Made by a program: the position numbers and the translations under genes. The notes under the pieces were generated by a model. The model saw only the letters and a list, made by a program, of their open reading frames with translations, was not told the DNA's origin and did no database searches. This document shows positions 49,201-56,907 of a stretch of 64,000 bases of DNA, in pieces; position 1 is the stretch's first letter, and every line of letters starts with the position of its first letter. This stretch comes from a virus. The stretch covers positions 1-64,000 of IMG/VR virus record IMGVR_UViG_3300007609_001079; one strand, written 5' to 3'.

Positions 49201-49424
49201 AATTTCGCACACTCGGTTAAGAACCATGAGATTTCTTGAACCAACTCGGGACTCATCTCGGTTTTTGCGTGAGCAATATCTCCTGCTAAATAAATAACAG
49301 AATCTTCAATTGCATCTTGTTTAACTTGATTTAAGAATTTTTCGAATACCAACCGATATTCTCTGTGTCTTTGGAGATTTCTAATGTGTAAATCTGCCAA
49401 ATGATAAATCTTGTTTATTATCAT
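46266..49424 (-). CDS. Fused SbcD/Mre11 nuclease - SbcC/Rad50 ATPase (gp47-gp46-like)
   Basis: ADLH, AGD, GNHD, FHG, GDIH; Walker A APNASGKS, Q-loop, coiled coil with CDVC hook, CSGME signature, VIDEG, ISH. Confidence 0.93.
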   Translation of the reverse strand: MIINKIYHLADLHIRNLQRHREYRLVFEKFLNQVKQDAIEDSVIYLAGDIAHAKTEMSPELVQEISWFLTECAKLRETILITGNHDCNLNNNHRLDVLTPIVENLNNSRIHYLRDTGVYNIHNLTFVVYSILDDKENWPKGKDVEGENKIVLFHGPVNKAQTDIGYTVSSNSFQVDMFDGFDMAMLGDIHKRQTFGEGYEWVAYAGSMVQQNHGELLENHGYLLWDVPTRTFTEHHIHNDYGFLTVDVIDGQIPQWVYDEVDTKLPKYPRLRLRFTNTEPSDMKLRITELKKLFKVAEVTVTRTDTIGQLKTNQKVNKNIVGNVKDETFQNQLIRDYLERQYLLEEGELDKITDINKDLNTQIDDSDSMGNILWTPKTLEFSNMFSYGEGNKIKFDNAQGIVGIFAPNASGKSSLFDALSFVIYDKTSKTNVAKNILNNRSDKFYCKFNFEIDGVDYFIERTAKYVRKKTAVKVDVNFWSESGGVITSLNGEQRRETNQNIEKYLGKFEDFVLTTLSLQGNNALFIDKSQSERKEILSQFIGVDIFDKLYQKASDENRDNATLIRKFKSDDFTTKLANIDTQLKTDKSEYNLLEINQSSLTTEEDGLNKQIIYLNSKIVKLNADSGVSIEELESRLKILESKLDEVKTKKSSTQELITHREELQLTLEEILDTYDEEKLENGIQKIQEGKTKLQRAESEVDKIQIKLESLRERKEHLDKHRYNENCDVCMDNSQTILEQKASVDSQIQDGELHLVKFNEGIQIISQSLQELKDIEDEYVKYKEVKEKEDKLDREISQLINKLSTTETEEIRLDTQVVQQKQLIEEYYKNEEQIKQNKEIRSQISEVRSKLDIVKNDLKKVNKDILTLNGKVSALQNQKESIQERISEVKDLEQQSKLFDYYLNALSKDGVSYELIEKSLPMIEGEVNNILGQIVDFGMQLEIDGKNINAYLVYGDQRWSLEMCSGMERFISGLAIRVALINVCNLPRPNFLVIDEGFGTLDSENLQSLFMLFTYLKTQFDFVMIISHIDSMRDVVDNLIEIKKVEGFSHVKF

Positions 49425-50200
49425 ATAATCTTGTTTGTGTTGATGAAATTGAATAGTTCATCTGCTATTAATTTATAACCTTCTTTATTTGGATGTTGAG
49501 TTGCACGGGTATCATATTTTTCTAAGTGCTCCCATATATCTATTCTATTTAATTTATTTAACAAATCCCTAAAAGTATATTTTAATTCACCAAAAATAGG
49601 TTTAGTATCTATTAATTTAGTGTAATCATTCTTCAATGGTGGTTGTACCATATATTCAAAGGATTCACACATTATATATTTTATATCATACTCTTTAAAT
49701 AATTTTTGTAAAAAAATTATATAATTTTGATTTACTATATTATAGTAATCCTGTGTAAATAATTCGGTTACAAAGAATTTCTTATAATCGGATAGAAATT
49801 TATTAAATTGACTCGATACACCATGCTCATCATATGAGTTATAAAATCTATCAGGCGTTTCTAACAAATGCTTTACAGACCATGATACCCACTCACCTTG
49901 TGGTAAAAATGGAACATAATCTCTAAGAGATGATGAAAACATTATAGTAACAAAATCATCAGATGTAACATTACCATTTTCAATATCTTTGATAATATCA
50001 TTAAACATTTTTCTATTTGAATTACCACTAATACCTTTATTAAGTACTTTGGGTATATTCATTTTATCCGCCAATTTCTTTGGCCAGGCATGTTCATTTC
50101 TAAAATTTCTTTTATCGTTTGGAGATAGTGTATTTTCAATTAACACATCACTACCCTCACCTTCAGTCCAAGAACATCCATATGCAACTAATCTTTTCAT
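49421..50200 (-). CDS. SGNH/GDSL-like protein
   Basis: YGCSWTEGEG, NKGISGNSN, QHPNKEGY. Confidence 0.65.
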   Translation of the reverse strand: MKRLVAYGCSWTEGEGSDVLIENTLSPNDKRNFRNEHAWPKKLADKMNIPKVLNKGISGNSNRKMFNDIIKDIENGNVTSDDFVTIMFSSSLRDYVPFLPQGEWVSWSVKHLLETPDRFYNSYDEHGVSSQFNKFLSDYKKFFVTELFTQDYYNIVNQNYIIFLQKLFKEYDIKYIMCESFEYMVQPPLKNDYTKLIDTKPIFGELKYTFRDLLNKLNRIDIWEHLEKYDTRATQHPNKEGYKLIADELFNFINTNKII

Positions 50201-51138
50201 AAACTCATTAATTTCTGTGATATAATATCAGTAAAGTCTGTTTTCTTGGATTCTTTAAGAATAGAATTGATTTGGGAGAATCCCATCTCACCTGCATCCT
50301 TTTCTGATGGTACTATATTTTTGGTTTCTATTCCTTGATTTTGAAATTGTAATGTATAACGTAACGCCTGTTCTTGAGCATCTTCATCAAGTAAGATATT
50401 GATGTTCTTAACTCCTTGTTTATATATATTATCATTTAAATTTCTTGGTATAAATTTACCAAGTATAGGAATTGCGTTTCTCTTCACAGCCATCGCATCG
50501 AATACTCCCTCTACTATTGTAATTGGTTCCTTCCAATTTATTTGGTTCTCAAACATGATAATGTTTTTCGAAACCGGCGGGTTTTTATATTTAAATTTTT
50601 CCTCATCGAATACAGAACGTGCGATGAAGTAATTGAGTCTATTGTTAGAATCATAAGATGGAATAATAATACGACCGGAATAAAGACCAGTATCGCAATA
50701 TCCGATATTATATCTAATAATGTCCTCTTTAGTAATACCACGAGAATTCGCATATTGTTTTACCTTTCTGAACGTTGGGTTAAACCCCGTTGGTTCTTTT
50801 AGTAATGATTTAAATTCATTTGGTAACCTTAACTCAATCTTTTCTTCTTCGGTAGATGGAGTATATGTAACGTAATCATCCCCATAGATTTCAAAAATCT
50901 TTTTTAGTTTGTGGGAATCCGTATGTAACCTCCTTAATAGTGATTGAATTTTCTTTCCCTTTGAATCACAGACCCAACAATGCCATTGTTGAGTTTCAAG
51001 GTTTATTTGTAACTTCTTTTTGTGGTGATGACAGAATGGACAATGATGTGCCTGTTCATTTCCCTTCATGGAAGTACCAGTACCCAAAGTTTCATCAAGT
51101 ATGTTTATAACTGTTATTCTATCTCTATGTGAAAGCAT
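50197..51138 (-). CDS. dnaG: DNA primase (Zn finger + TOPRIM)
   Basis: CPFC...WHCWVC, RIIIP, KYKNP, VEGVFDA, LLDED. Confidence 0.92.
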   Translation of the reverse strand: MLSHRDRITVINILDETLGTGTSMKGNEQAHHCPFCHHHKKKLQINLETQQWHCWVCDSKGKKIQSLLRRLHTDSHKLKKIFEIYGDDYVTYTPSTEEEKIELRLPNEFKSLLKEPTGFNPTFRKVKQYANSRGITKEDIIRYNIGYCDTGLYSGRIIIPSYDSNNRLNYFIARSVFDEEKFKYKNPPVSKNIIMFENQINWKEPITIVEGVFDAMAVKRNAIPILGKFIPRNLNDNIYKQGVKNINILLDEDAQEQALRYTLQFQNQGIETKNIVPSEKDAGEMGFSQINSILKESKKTDFTDIISQKLMSL

Positions 51139-51157
51139 ACTAATTTTTTATTTGATA

Positions 51158-51189
51158 CAAATATACGAAAAATATTTAATATATCCAAA
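51158..51189 (-). promoter_or_regulatory. Bacteroidota-type housekeeping-sigma promoter (-33 TTTG / -7 TAnnTTTG)
   Basis: TTTG-N20-TATATTTG, a perfect consensus, ~20 nt upstream of the primase ATG. Confidence 0.85.
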
Positions 51190-51468
51190 TTATACCATCG
51201 GAAATCCATTAACATTCACAGTTGAACGAAATGGTTTAGATTTTGGTTTTTGTTTTGTTTCTTTAATTCCTAATCGCATTTCTCTCATTTGATTTAGGAA
51301 TTGTTTTGCATTATCATTATATTTCCTTTTAACAAAAATGTTCATCATCCACTCCATTCTCTTATCAGCATCAGGATCTTTACCTTGTTTGATTAATTCG
51401 TGTTTCCACCAGGTGATGAGTTTAAGTAATACTGTTCTTTGTTTGTCTGAAAGTGGGTGATATGTCAT
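51190..51468 (-). CDS. Hypothetical 92-aa basic protein
   Basis: ATG ORF with its own host-type promoter. Confidence 0.6.
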   Translation of the reverse strand: MTYHPLSDKQRTVLLKLITWWKHELIKQGKDPDADKRMEWMMNIFVKRKYNDNAKQFLNQMREMRLGIKETKQKPKSKPFRSTVNVNGFPMV

Positions 51469-51494
51469 AATTTTATATTTTATCTTTTACAAGA

Positions 51495-51526
51495 CTAATA
51501 TACGAAATTATTCTGTAATTTCCAAA
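51495..51526 (-). promoter_or_regulatory. Bacteroidota-type promoter
   Basis: TTTG-N20-TATATTAG, sharing TTTGGA and TTTCGTATATT with the primase promoter. Confidence 0.75.
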
Positions 51527-52551
51527 TCTTTTACGTATTTTCTTAAAGGGATAAATGATTCGGTTTCAAGTAAGTTTTTCATTTTTATATCATCATACAT
51601 CCGAGCTTTGTTATATTCAATTATATTATTTAGCTCATATGTATTATGATGTTTTAATAATTCTTTAGCTGCATCTATTGCATAATCCATTCGAATTGAA
51701 TCATCCATAGTATCATATGATTCATCAATAAGTGTGTCAAATGTTTTAAATCCTAATCGTTTTAGTTCATACAATGAACCCCTTGATGATATTAAAACAA
51801 ATGGTAACCCGTATGAAATATTTCTCCAAGTTTTTTCCGATAAATGTAACATCTCTTCAAAAAAATTAGGATTATCATTTGTATGTTGTGAATAATATTC
51901 CGATTCTGCTATAATCTGTATTTTAGAATTATAATAAACTTCGGATTTTAAATGAAATTTCCACTCATCATGTAAATTATCATTAATATCATCAAATATA
52001 GAATCATCTATAAAATTTCTATTTTTTTTATATGTAATAAAAACATTATCTAAATTTTTATTTCTTATTTTAAAATACCCCTCTTCCTTATGTTTTTTTC
52101 CATTTCTAACCAAATATGAATAATCATATTTTGGTATTATTTTATTTTTATTTGGTAAATAACTATTAAATGGATTTAAAGCAAATGTTGGAATATATAA
52201 CATGGTTATATTATGATTATTATAATGAACAACGCCCTTATTATATGCATTATTATAACAAATTATACCACGGTTTCTGTTAACTTTAAATTCATCTAAT
52301 ACATTATAAAAGCGAGTATATTCTAATCTTAATATTTGAGGATACCCTTCAGGCCCATCATCTAACAAAAATATAAGTTTATCATTTTTTAAAAAGTTTG
52401 TCCAGTATTCATCATGTACTTCTTGAGTATTTATAATAAAATATGCATCTTCACCTTTATAGTTTTCAATGATATCGCATTCATATCCAAATCTATTTAT
52501 TATTTTATATAATAAACGTTGATTATTATTATTTGTGATATAAAATTTCAT
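51508..52551 (-). CDS. Putative glycosyltransferase-like protein (SET/TEK family), paralog 3
   Basis: IIAESEY...LSEKTWRNI...PFVLI...GFKTF...DESYD. Confidence 0.5.
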   Translation of the reverse strand: MKFYITNNNNQRLLYKIINRFGYECDIIENYKGEDAYFIINTQEVHDEYWTNFLKNDKLIFLLDDGPEGYPQILRLEYTRFYNVLDEFKVNRNRGIICYNNAYNKGVVHYNNHNITMLYIPTFALNPFNSYLPNKNKIIPKYDYSYLVRNGKKHKEEGYFKIRNKNLDNVFITYKKNRNFIDDSIFDDINDNLHDEWKFHLKSEVYYNSKIQIIAESEYYSQHTNDNPNFFEEMLHLSEKTWRNISYGLPFVLISSRGSLYELKRLGFKTFDTLIDESYDTMDDSIRMDYAIDAAKELLKHHNTYELNNIIEYNKARMYDDIKMKNLLETESFIPLRKYVKDLEITE

Positions 52552-52555
52552 AAAT

Positions 52556-52587
52556 TAAATATAAGAAATAGTTTACACTATTCCAAA
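52556..52587 (-). promoter_or_regulatory. Bacteroidota-type promoter
   Basis: TTTG-N20-TATATTTA immediately upstream of ATG 52551. Confidence 0.65.
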
Positions 52588-53018
52588 TCTTTTCTAAAAA
52601 ACTTTCCTAAGAGGTTATCATTCAAGGATAACTCATCTCCCAATACATCATGTGCGAATTGTTCTTGTAGTTCGTAGTAGGTTAGTGATTTCTTATTTGA
52701 ACAGAAGCGAAGTATTTCTAATTTACATTGGGATGTACTTTCATTGGTAGAAAACCAACTATTTACAATTTTATTTGAAGAACGATAATCCTTCCAATCT
52801 GATTCTTTAGTAACCATCTCATATTTCTTTACTCTCTTGTCTTCCAGAGCAGCAATTTCTTTTTTACCGAAATTTCTTTTACGAACCGAAACTACTTGTT
52901 TCTTACCAATATAGAATTCACCTGTTGTAGTGTTTGTGATTTTATAAATAAATCCAAAAACATCATCTGGCATATCCGATAGTTCTGTAATATAGTTTCC
53001 ATTATATATCCAACTCAT
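52578..53018 (-). CDS. GIY-YIG nuclease, T4 endonuclease II-like
   Basis: FGFIYKITN...FYIGKK, ESDWKDYRSS, EILRFC, YYE, NDN; single domain. ATG at 53018 preferred over 53039. Confidence 0.8.
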   Translation of the reverse strand: MSWIYNGNYITELSDMPDDVFGFIYKITNTTTGEFYIGKKQVVSVRKRNFGKKEIAALEDKRVKKYEMVTKESDWKDYRSSNKIVNSWFSTNESTSQCKLEILRFCSNKKSLTYYELQEQFAHDVLGDELSLNDNLLGKFFRKDLE

Positions 53019-53565
53019 AGTTAAATTGTTTAAAATCATCTTTATACCTTTCTCGAACCCAATCTTTCATCCATTCTTCATTATACATATATTTGTAATA
53101 CCTTTGTTGGTTTAAATCTGGATGTTTATCATAAAGTGGATTTCGATTTAAGTGCGGAATTGTAGATTGAATTCCAATTTGTGTAAAGATATTACTTACA
53201 TCTTCTTTAAAGTTTTCGTATCTACCAATGAAGGATACATCAACATTTCCCGCGTTAATATAGTAACTTTGGGGTAATAGAACTAAATCTAAATTATTTG
53301 ATTTTTTTAAAAAGGTTCCGAAATCGTAATCGGTTCTTCCTTTTCTTTTTTCGTGTAAAAATGCAGATGTTAATCTTGTAAAAGGATTTCTAACCATAGT
53401 ATAAATTTTATAGTTAGGAAATTTCTGAAATACACGAATAGAATCATGTACCATAGGAGAGGTTGTATTTTCTATATTTTGTAAAATACTTGATATAGAA
53501 GTACCACCAGTCTTAGGTATGTGAATAAATCCCCATTTATTAGAATGATTGATGAGTAAACTCAA
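53002..53565 (-). CDS. Sulfotransferase family 2 (carbohydrate sulfotransferase-like)
   Basis: 5'-PSB FIHIPKTGGTS, 3'-PB VRNPFTRLTS, FIGRYE, YKDDF..FNY; TTG start. Confidence 0.85.
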   Translation of the reverse strand: MSLLINHSNKWGFIHIPKTGGTSISSILQNIENTTSPMVHDSIRVFQKFPNYKIYTMVRNPFTRLTSAFLHEKRKGRTDYDFGTFLKKSNNLDLVLLPQSYYINAGNVDVSFIGRYENFKEDVSNIFTQIGIQSTIPHLNRNPLYDKHPDLNQQRYYKYMYNEEWMKDWVRERYKDDFKQFNYELDI

Positions 53566-53576
53566 ATCTTACGATT

Positions 53577-53759
53577 TTAGTACTTAATAGAATCTGAGTA
53601 TTTTTTTAAATTCACTTTACCACCTCTTGCCTGTGCAAGGGCTTTATCATCTTTGTGAAGTTTGTTTACCTCATCTGCAGAGATTGGAGTTTTATCTTTC
53701 GATTTATCTGCCAATTTAGCAAATTCAGATTTTTCGTATAATTCTTGTATTGAAGCCAT
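53577..53759 (-). CDS. Hypothetical 60-aa protein
   Basis: AAGGAG SD and TATATTTATA upstream. Confidence 0.7.
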   Translation of the reverse strand: MASIQELYEKSEFAKLADKSKDKTPISADEVNKLHKDDKALAQARGGKVNLKKYSDSIKY

Positions 53760-53782
53760 AATTTAATTTCTCCTTTGTATTA

Positions 53783-53792
53783 TATAAATATA
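53783..53792 (-). promoter_or_regulatory. TATATTTATA putative late promoter
   Basis: Exact 10-mer ~24 nt upstream of 53759. Confidence 0.7.
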
Positions 53793-53794
53793 GA

Positions 53795-54919
53795 TTACGT
53801 ATCAAAACGAACAATGAAGTTCACATCGTAATCCGGTAAATTCTTAATTGGTTGTGGTAACTTAGCTACTGCAACCATATCTCCATCCTTATCATAGATA
53901 CCGATTGTGGTTACCATTGGAGCAAGATATGATCCTGTTGGGTCCATTTTAGAGTTAATGGAATAATCATCCCAAGAACCACTTACAGAACTACTATACG
54001 AACTAACAAATGTTTCTCGTACTGATATATCTTGTATTTCTTTTATCTTAATTGTTTTAGCAGTAGATACGTTTGATATTGGGGTTGTTGTGAAATCATA
54101 TGAGCCACTTAGGGTAACATTAACTGCCGATGGGTTTTGTGAGTAATTAAATTCACCTGCTTTTGCCTCTAATAAAATTTCGGTTTCATGGATAGTTGTA
54201 GTAGAACGATATTGTAAATCATAATCAGTAAATTCAGATACATTACTAACCACAAATCTACCATCAGAGTAAAAAATGTTACCATATGTTTGGTTAGAAA
54301 CAATGATACCATTGAAGTTTAGAATTGCAGTAAATGAAATTAAATTATTTTCAAAATTGATGTTAGTAAGAAACATTTCATCGGTATCACCATTAAATGT
54401 TAAAATAGTACTACCGGTTTCCAAATCCATAGATAATATGGTTAACTCAAATGAATTTATCCCATCTACTATAATTAAAATCTCATTTTCAAAATCTAAT
54501 TCAGAAAAGATATATGTTGGGTTTGGATTCACTAATTTACCATCCCCATCATCAACATAAGTATTATCACCAATTTGTATATTTACTGATTTTGGTTTTA
54601 TCTTTTCACCAATTTTATCTCTATCTAAATCAATTACAAATATGGTATCTTCTATTTTTCGTTCACTATTAAACTCAGCGGGATTATAAAAGGAACCATA
54701 ATTGTTTAATAAACCATTATCAGTATAATACTTTTTCTTGATACTTTGATAAAGTAGATGCACAAACACACCCTCATCAGTTGGTGAGGTATCTGAATCA
54801 AATACCCCATCCACATTATACGCCTTGATAACTGGATTATTATTTTGAGAAGTATTCCATTGTTTATAAACTTTGAAACTTCTACGAGATATATTTGATT
54901 TTGGTATTGACTTTAACAT
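53795..54919 (-). CDS. Baseplate/tail structural protein
   Basis: GEFNYSQNPS and C-terminal TTIGIYDKDGDMVAVAKLPQPIK, paralogous to 55000..56193. Confidence 0.65.
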   Translation of the reverse strand: MLKSIPKSNISRRSFKVYKQWNTSQNNNPVIKAYNVDGVFDSDTSPTDEGVFVHLLYQSIKKKYYTDNGLLNNYGSFYNPAEFNSERKIEDTIFVIDLDRDKIGEKIKPKSVNIQIGDNTYVDDGDGKLVNPNPTYIFSELDFENEILIIVDGINSFELTILSMDLETGSTILTFNGDTDEMFLTNINFENNLISFTAILNFNGIIVSNQTYGNIFYSDGRFVVSNVSEFTDYDLQYRSTTTIHETEILLEAKAGEFNYSQNPSAVNVTLSGSYDFTTTPISNVSTAKTIKIKEIQDISVRETFVSSYSSSVSGSWDDYSINSKMDPTGSYLAPMVTTIGIYDKDGDMVAVAKLPQPIKNLPDYDVNFIVRFDT

Positions 54920-54934
54920 AATATAATTCCTCTA

Positions 54935-54944
54935 TATAAATATA
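54935..54944 (-). promoter_or_regulatory. TATATTTATA putative late promoter
   Basis: Exact 10-mer just downstream of a terminator and ~16 nt upstream of 54919. Confidence 0.7.
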
Positions 54945-54951
54945 CAGAAAT

Positions 54952-54977
54952 AAAAAACCCCCACCGAAGTGAGGGTT
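54952..54977 (-). terminator. Rho-independent terminator with C(UUCG)G tetraloop
   Basis: AACCCTCAC-TTCG-GTGGGGGTT followed by a T run, just after the stop of 55000..56193. Confidence 0.9.
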
Positions 54978-54999
54978 AGTGTTTTATCATTTAAGTTTT

Positions 55000-56193
55000 T
55001 TAGAAATCTAATTTAACTTTAATTAATACTTCTTTATCAAATGATTTAGCGATTGGTTGTGAAGTTTTAGCTACGGATAATAATTCGTTTGCATCGTTGT
55101 ATAAACCAACAGTTGTAATATATGTTTTAGGGTCTGTTTCAAAGGTAGATTGTACAAATGAACCATCTGAACCCGTTACGTAAGATGGGTTGTTTGAATA
55201 GTTAAATTCTCTGTTTGTTGCTCTTACGAAGTAATGTGATGTTGATACATTCTCAGTTCTTCTTGCATCAAAATCTGCCCCACCTGATATAGCGTTATAT
55301 AGATATTGATGATTTTTCTGTTCAGCTGAAGTTTCTAAACTACCGCTTAACTCTCCCCCAACTTTACTACCCAATGCAGATGGGTTTAGTACTATCAATC
55401 CTTGGTCTGGATAAAACAATCCATATCCTTCACCATTAGAAGCAGTTGTACTATCTACTGAGGCAGTAACTCCACTTCCTAAATTAAGAGAACCTTCTAC
55501 TATATTAAATACTCTACCAGCTTTACCAACTGTATCTGAAAATTTCTTACCACTATCATCAATAAAGGTTACAGATGAACTTATTGAACCACTTAAAGTT
55601 AATTCCCAGTTTCCAGCATCCACTTTTTCTTTATATCGTGAACGAGCTATATTAATTACATATATATCATCCGATTCATGCTCAACTGCCGATGATGATG
55701 TAAATGTAAAATATTCATCAGTTTGGTCTAATAAAATTTGTCTATATTGTGCATAAGTTGCTTTAGTTGCATAGGTTGAATCCGGGTCAGTATCTATATC
55801 AGCAGAACCTAAACCAGTTTTATGACCATATGCAACTGCAAATTGTACAGATGATGAATCTATTGTATCATAAACATTATAATAATATTTTCCACTAGTT
55901 GATGCAATTTGTTCATCTGAAAGAAAAAATTCAGTAATCTGGCCAGTTGTATTACCCCATAAACTATCTGTTACTACTTCAACTTTACCAGTTACTTGGT
56001 CAAATTCACCAAATCTTTTGTAAATACCCGTTGAGATAGAACCACCTTGTGCAGCAATTTTATCACCACCAGTCAAATACTGATTTATAATTTGAGATAA
56101 TTGCTCGGATGTAAGATTACCTTGATTAGCCGATAGATACGATGCTAACTCTGCTGATAAATTTACTCCCGCTTGTCCTGTTATTTGTGCCAT
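55000..56193 (-). CDS. Baseplate/tail structural protein
   Basis: EFNYSNNPS and C-terminal TTVGLYNDANELLSVAKTSQPIAK...VKLDF; GGAG SD. Confidence 0.65.
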   Translation of the reverse strand: MAQITGQAGVNLSAELASYLSANQGNLTSEQLSQIINQYLTGGDKIAAQGGSISTGIYKRFGEFDQVTGKVEVVTDSLWGNTTGQITEFFLSDEQIASTSGKYYYNVYDTIDSSSVQFAVAYGHKTGLGSADIDTDPDSTYATKATYAQYRQILLDQTDEYFTFTSSSAVEHESDDIYVINIARSRYKEKVDAGNWELTLSGSISSSVTFIDDSGKKFSDTVGKAGRVFNIVEGSLNLGSGVTASVDSTTASNGEGYGLFYPDQGLIVLNPSALGSKVGGELSGSLETSAEQKNHQYLYNAISGGADFDARRTENVSTSHYFVRATNREFNYSNNPSYVTGSDGSFVQSTFETDPKTYITTVGLYNDANELLSVAKTSQPIAKSFDKEVLIKVKLDF

Positions 56194-56212
56194 GTTCTTT
56201 TATTCTCCGTTA

Positions 56213-56842
56213 TTATGTTGGTTGTACATAAGTTACGGTTACTGGAATAGTTTGTGAACCACCAGTTTCGTTACCATATACAGTAATTGTTGTTTTTATT
56301 GTTTGAGTAATGTTTGGATTAGGAATAAATGTAAATGTTAATCCAGTTTCTACTGCAGCAGTTGTTGTGATTTCATCACCTAAGAATACAGGAATAGTTC
56401 CACTACCAGCACTTGCACCTGCACCTACAATAGAACCTGCGTTTTTATTAGAAAGTACAATAGTATATCCACTTTGTGAATTACCACTTGGGGAAGTTGT
56501 TGGTGTTAACGATACTTGACCAGAAGTTTGATTTACTGAAATAGAAGGAATACCAAATCCTACCTTTGGAATTTTCTTCGTACCTTTTGGTAAAGTTACC
56601 AATTTGTATTTCAATACTTGTGTTTCATCCGGTGAAGCTTCAGTAATTGGAATTGCTCTAATTGCTGAATCATAATAAGCAGACCCCTTTGGGTGCGCAG
56701 GGTCATATAAGGTATAATCTACCTCATCATCACCTAATGCGAATTTTGTAATGTTTAACCCTTGACCAGCCGCAAGTTTCTCTCTACCTTTTTTGGTAAG
56801 GATTGCATCTACTGTAATCGTTGAATTATCTAAATATGCCAT
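56213..56842 (-). CDS. Baseplate/tail-collar-like structural protein
   Basis: DAILTKKGREKLA...ITKFALGDD resembles the N-terminus of P2 gpH-type tail-collar domains; C-terminal Ig-like beta region. Confidence 0.6.
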   Translation of the reverse strand: MAYLDNSTITVDAILTKKGREKLAAGQGLNITKFALGDDEVDYTLYDPAHPKGSAYYDSAIRAIPITEASPDETQVLKYKLVTLPKGTKKIPKVGFGIPSISVNQTSGQVSLTPTTSPSGNSQSGYTIVLSNKNAGSIVGAGASAGSGTIPVFLGDEITTTAAVETGLTFTFIPNPNITQTIKTTITVYGNETGGSQTIPVTVTYVQPT

Positions 56843-56867
56843 AATTTATTCCTCTATGTTTTCAATA

Positions 56868-56877
56868 TATAAATATA
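56868..56877 (-). promoter_or_regulatory. TATATTTATA putative late promoter
   Basis: Exact 10-mer ~26 nt upstream of 56842. Confidence 0.7.
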
Positions 56878-56907
56878 AGTAATTTTATTTTTAGTTATTT
56901 TTTATTT

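Noticed and set aside
52578-53018. Mobile homing endonuclease
   Set aside because: Single GIY-YIG domain with no DNA-binding tail and no interrupted gene; fits an endonuclease II-like enzyme better.
1881-56877. Reading TATAAATA on the plus strand as canonical T4 late promoters
   Set aside because: In that orientation they point away from the adjacent gene starts, and the motif flips with the one plus-strand gene.
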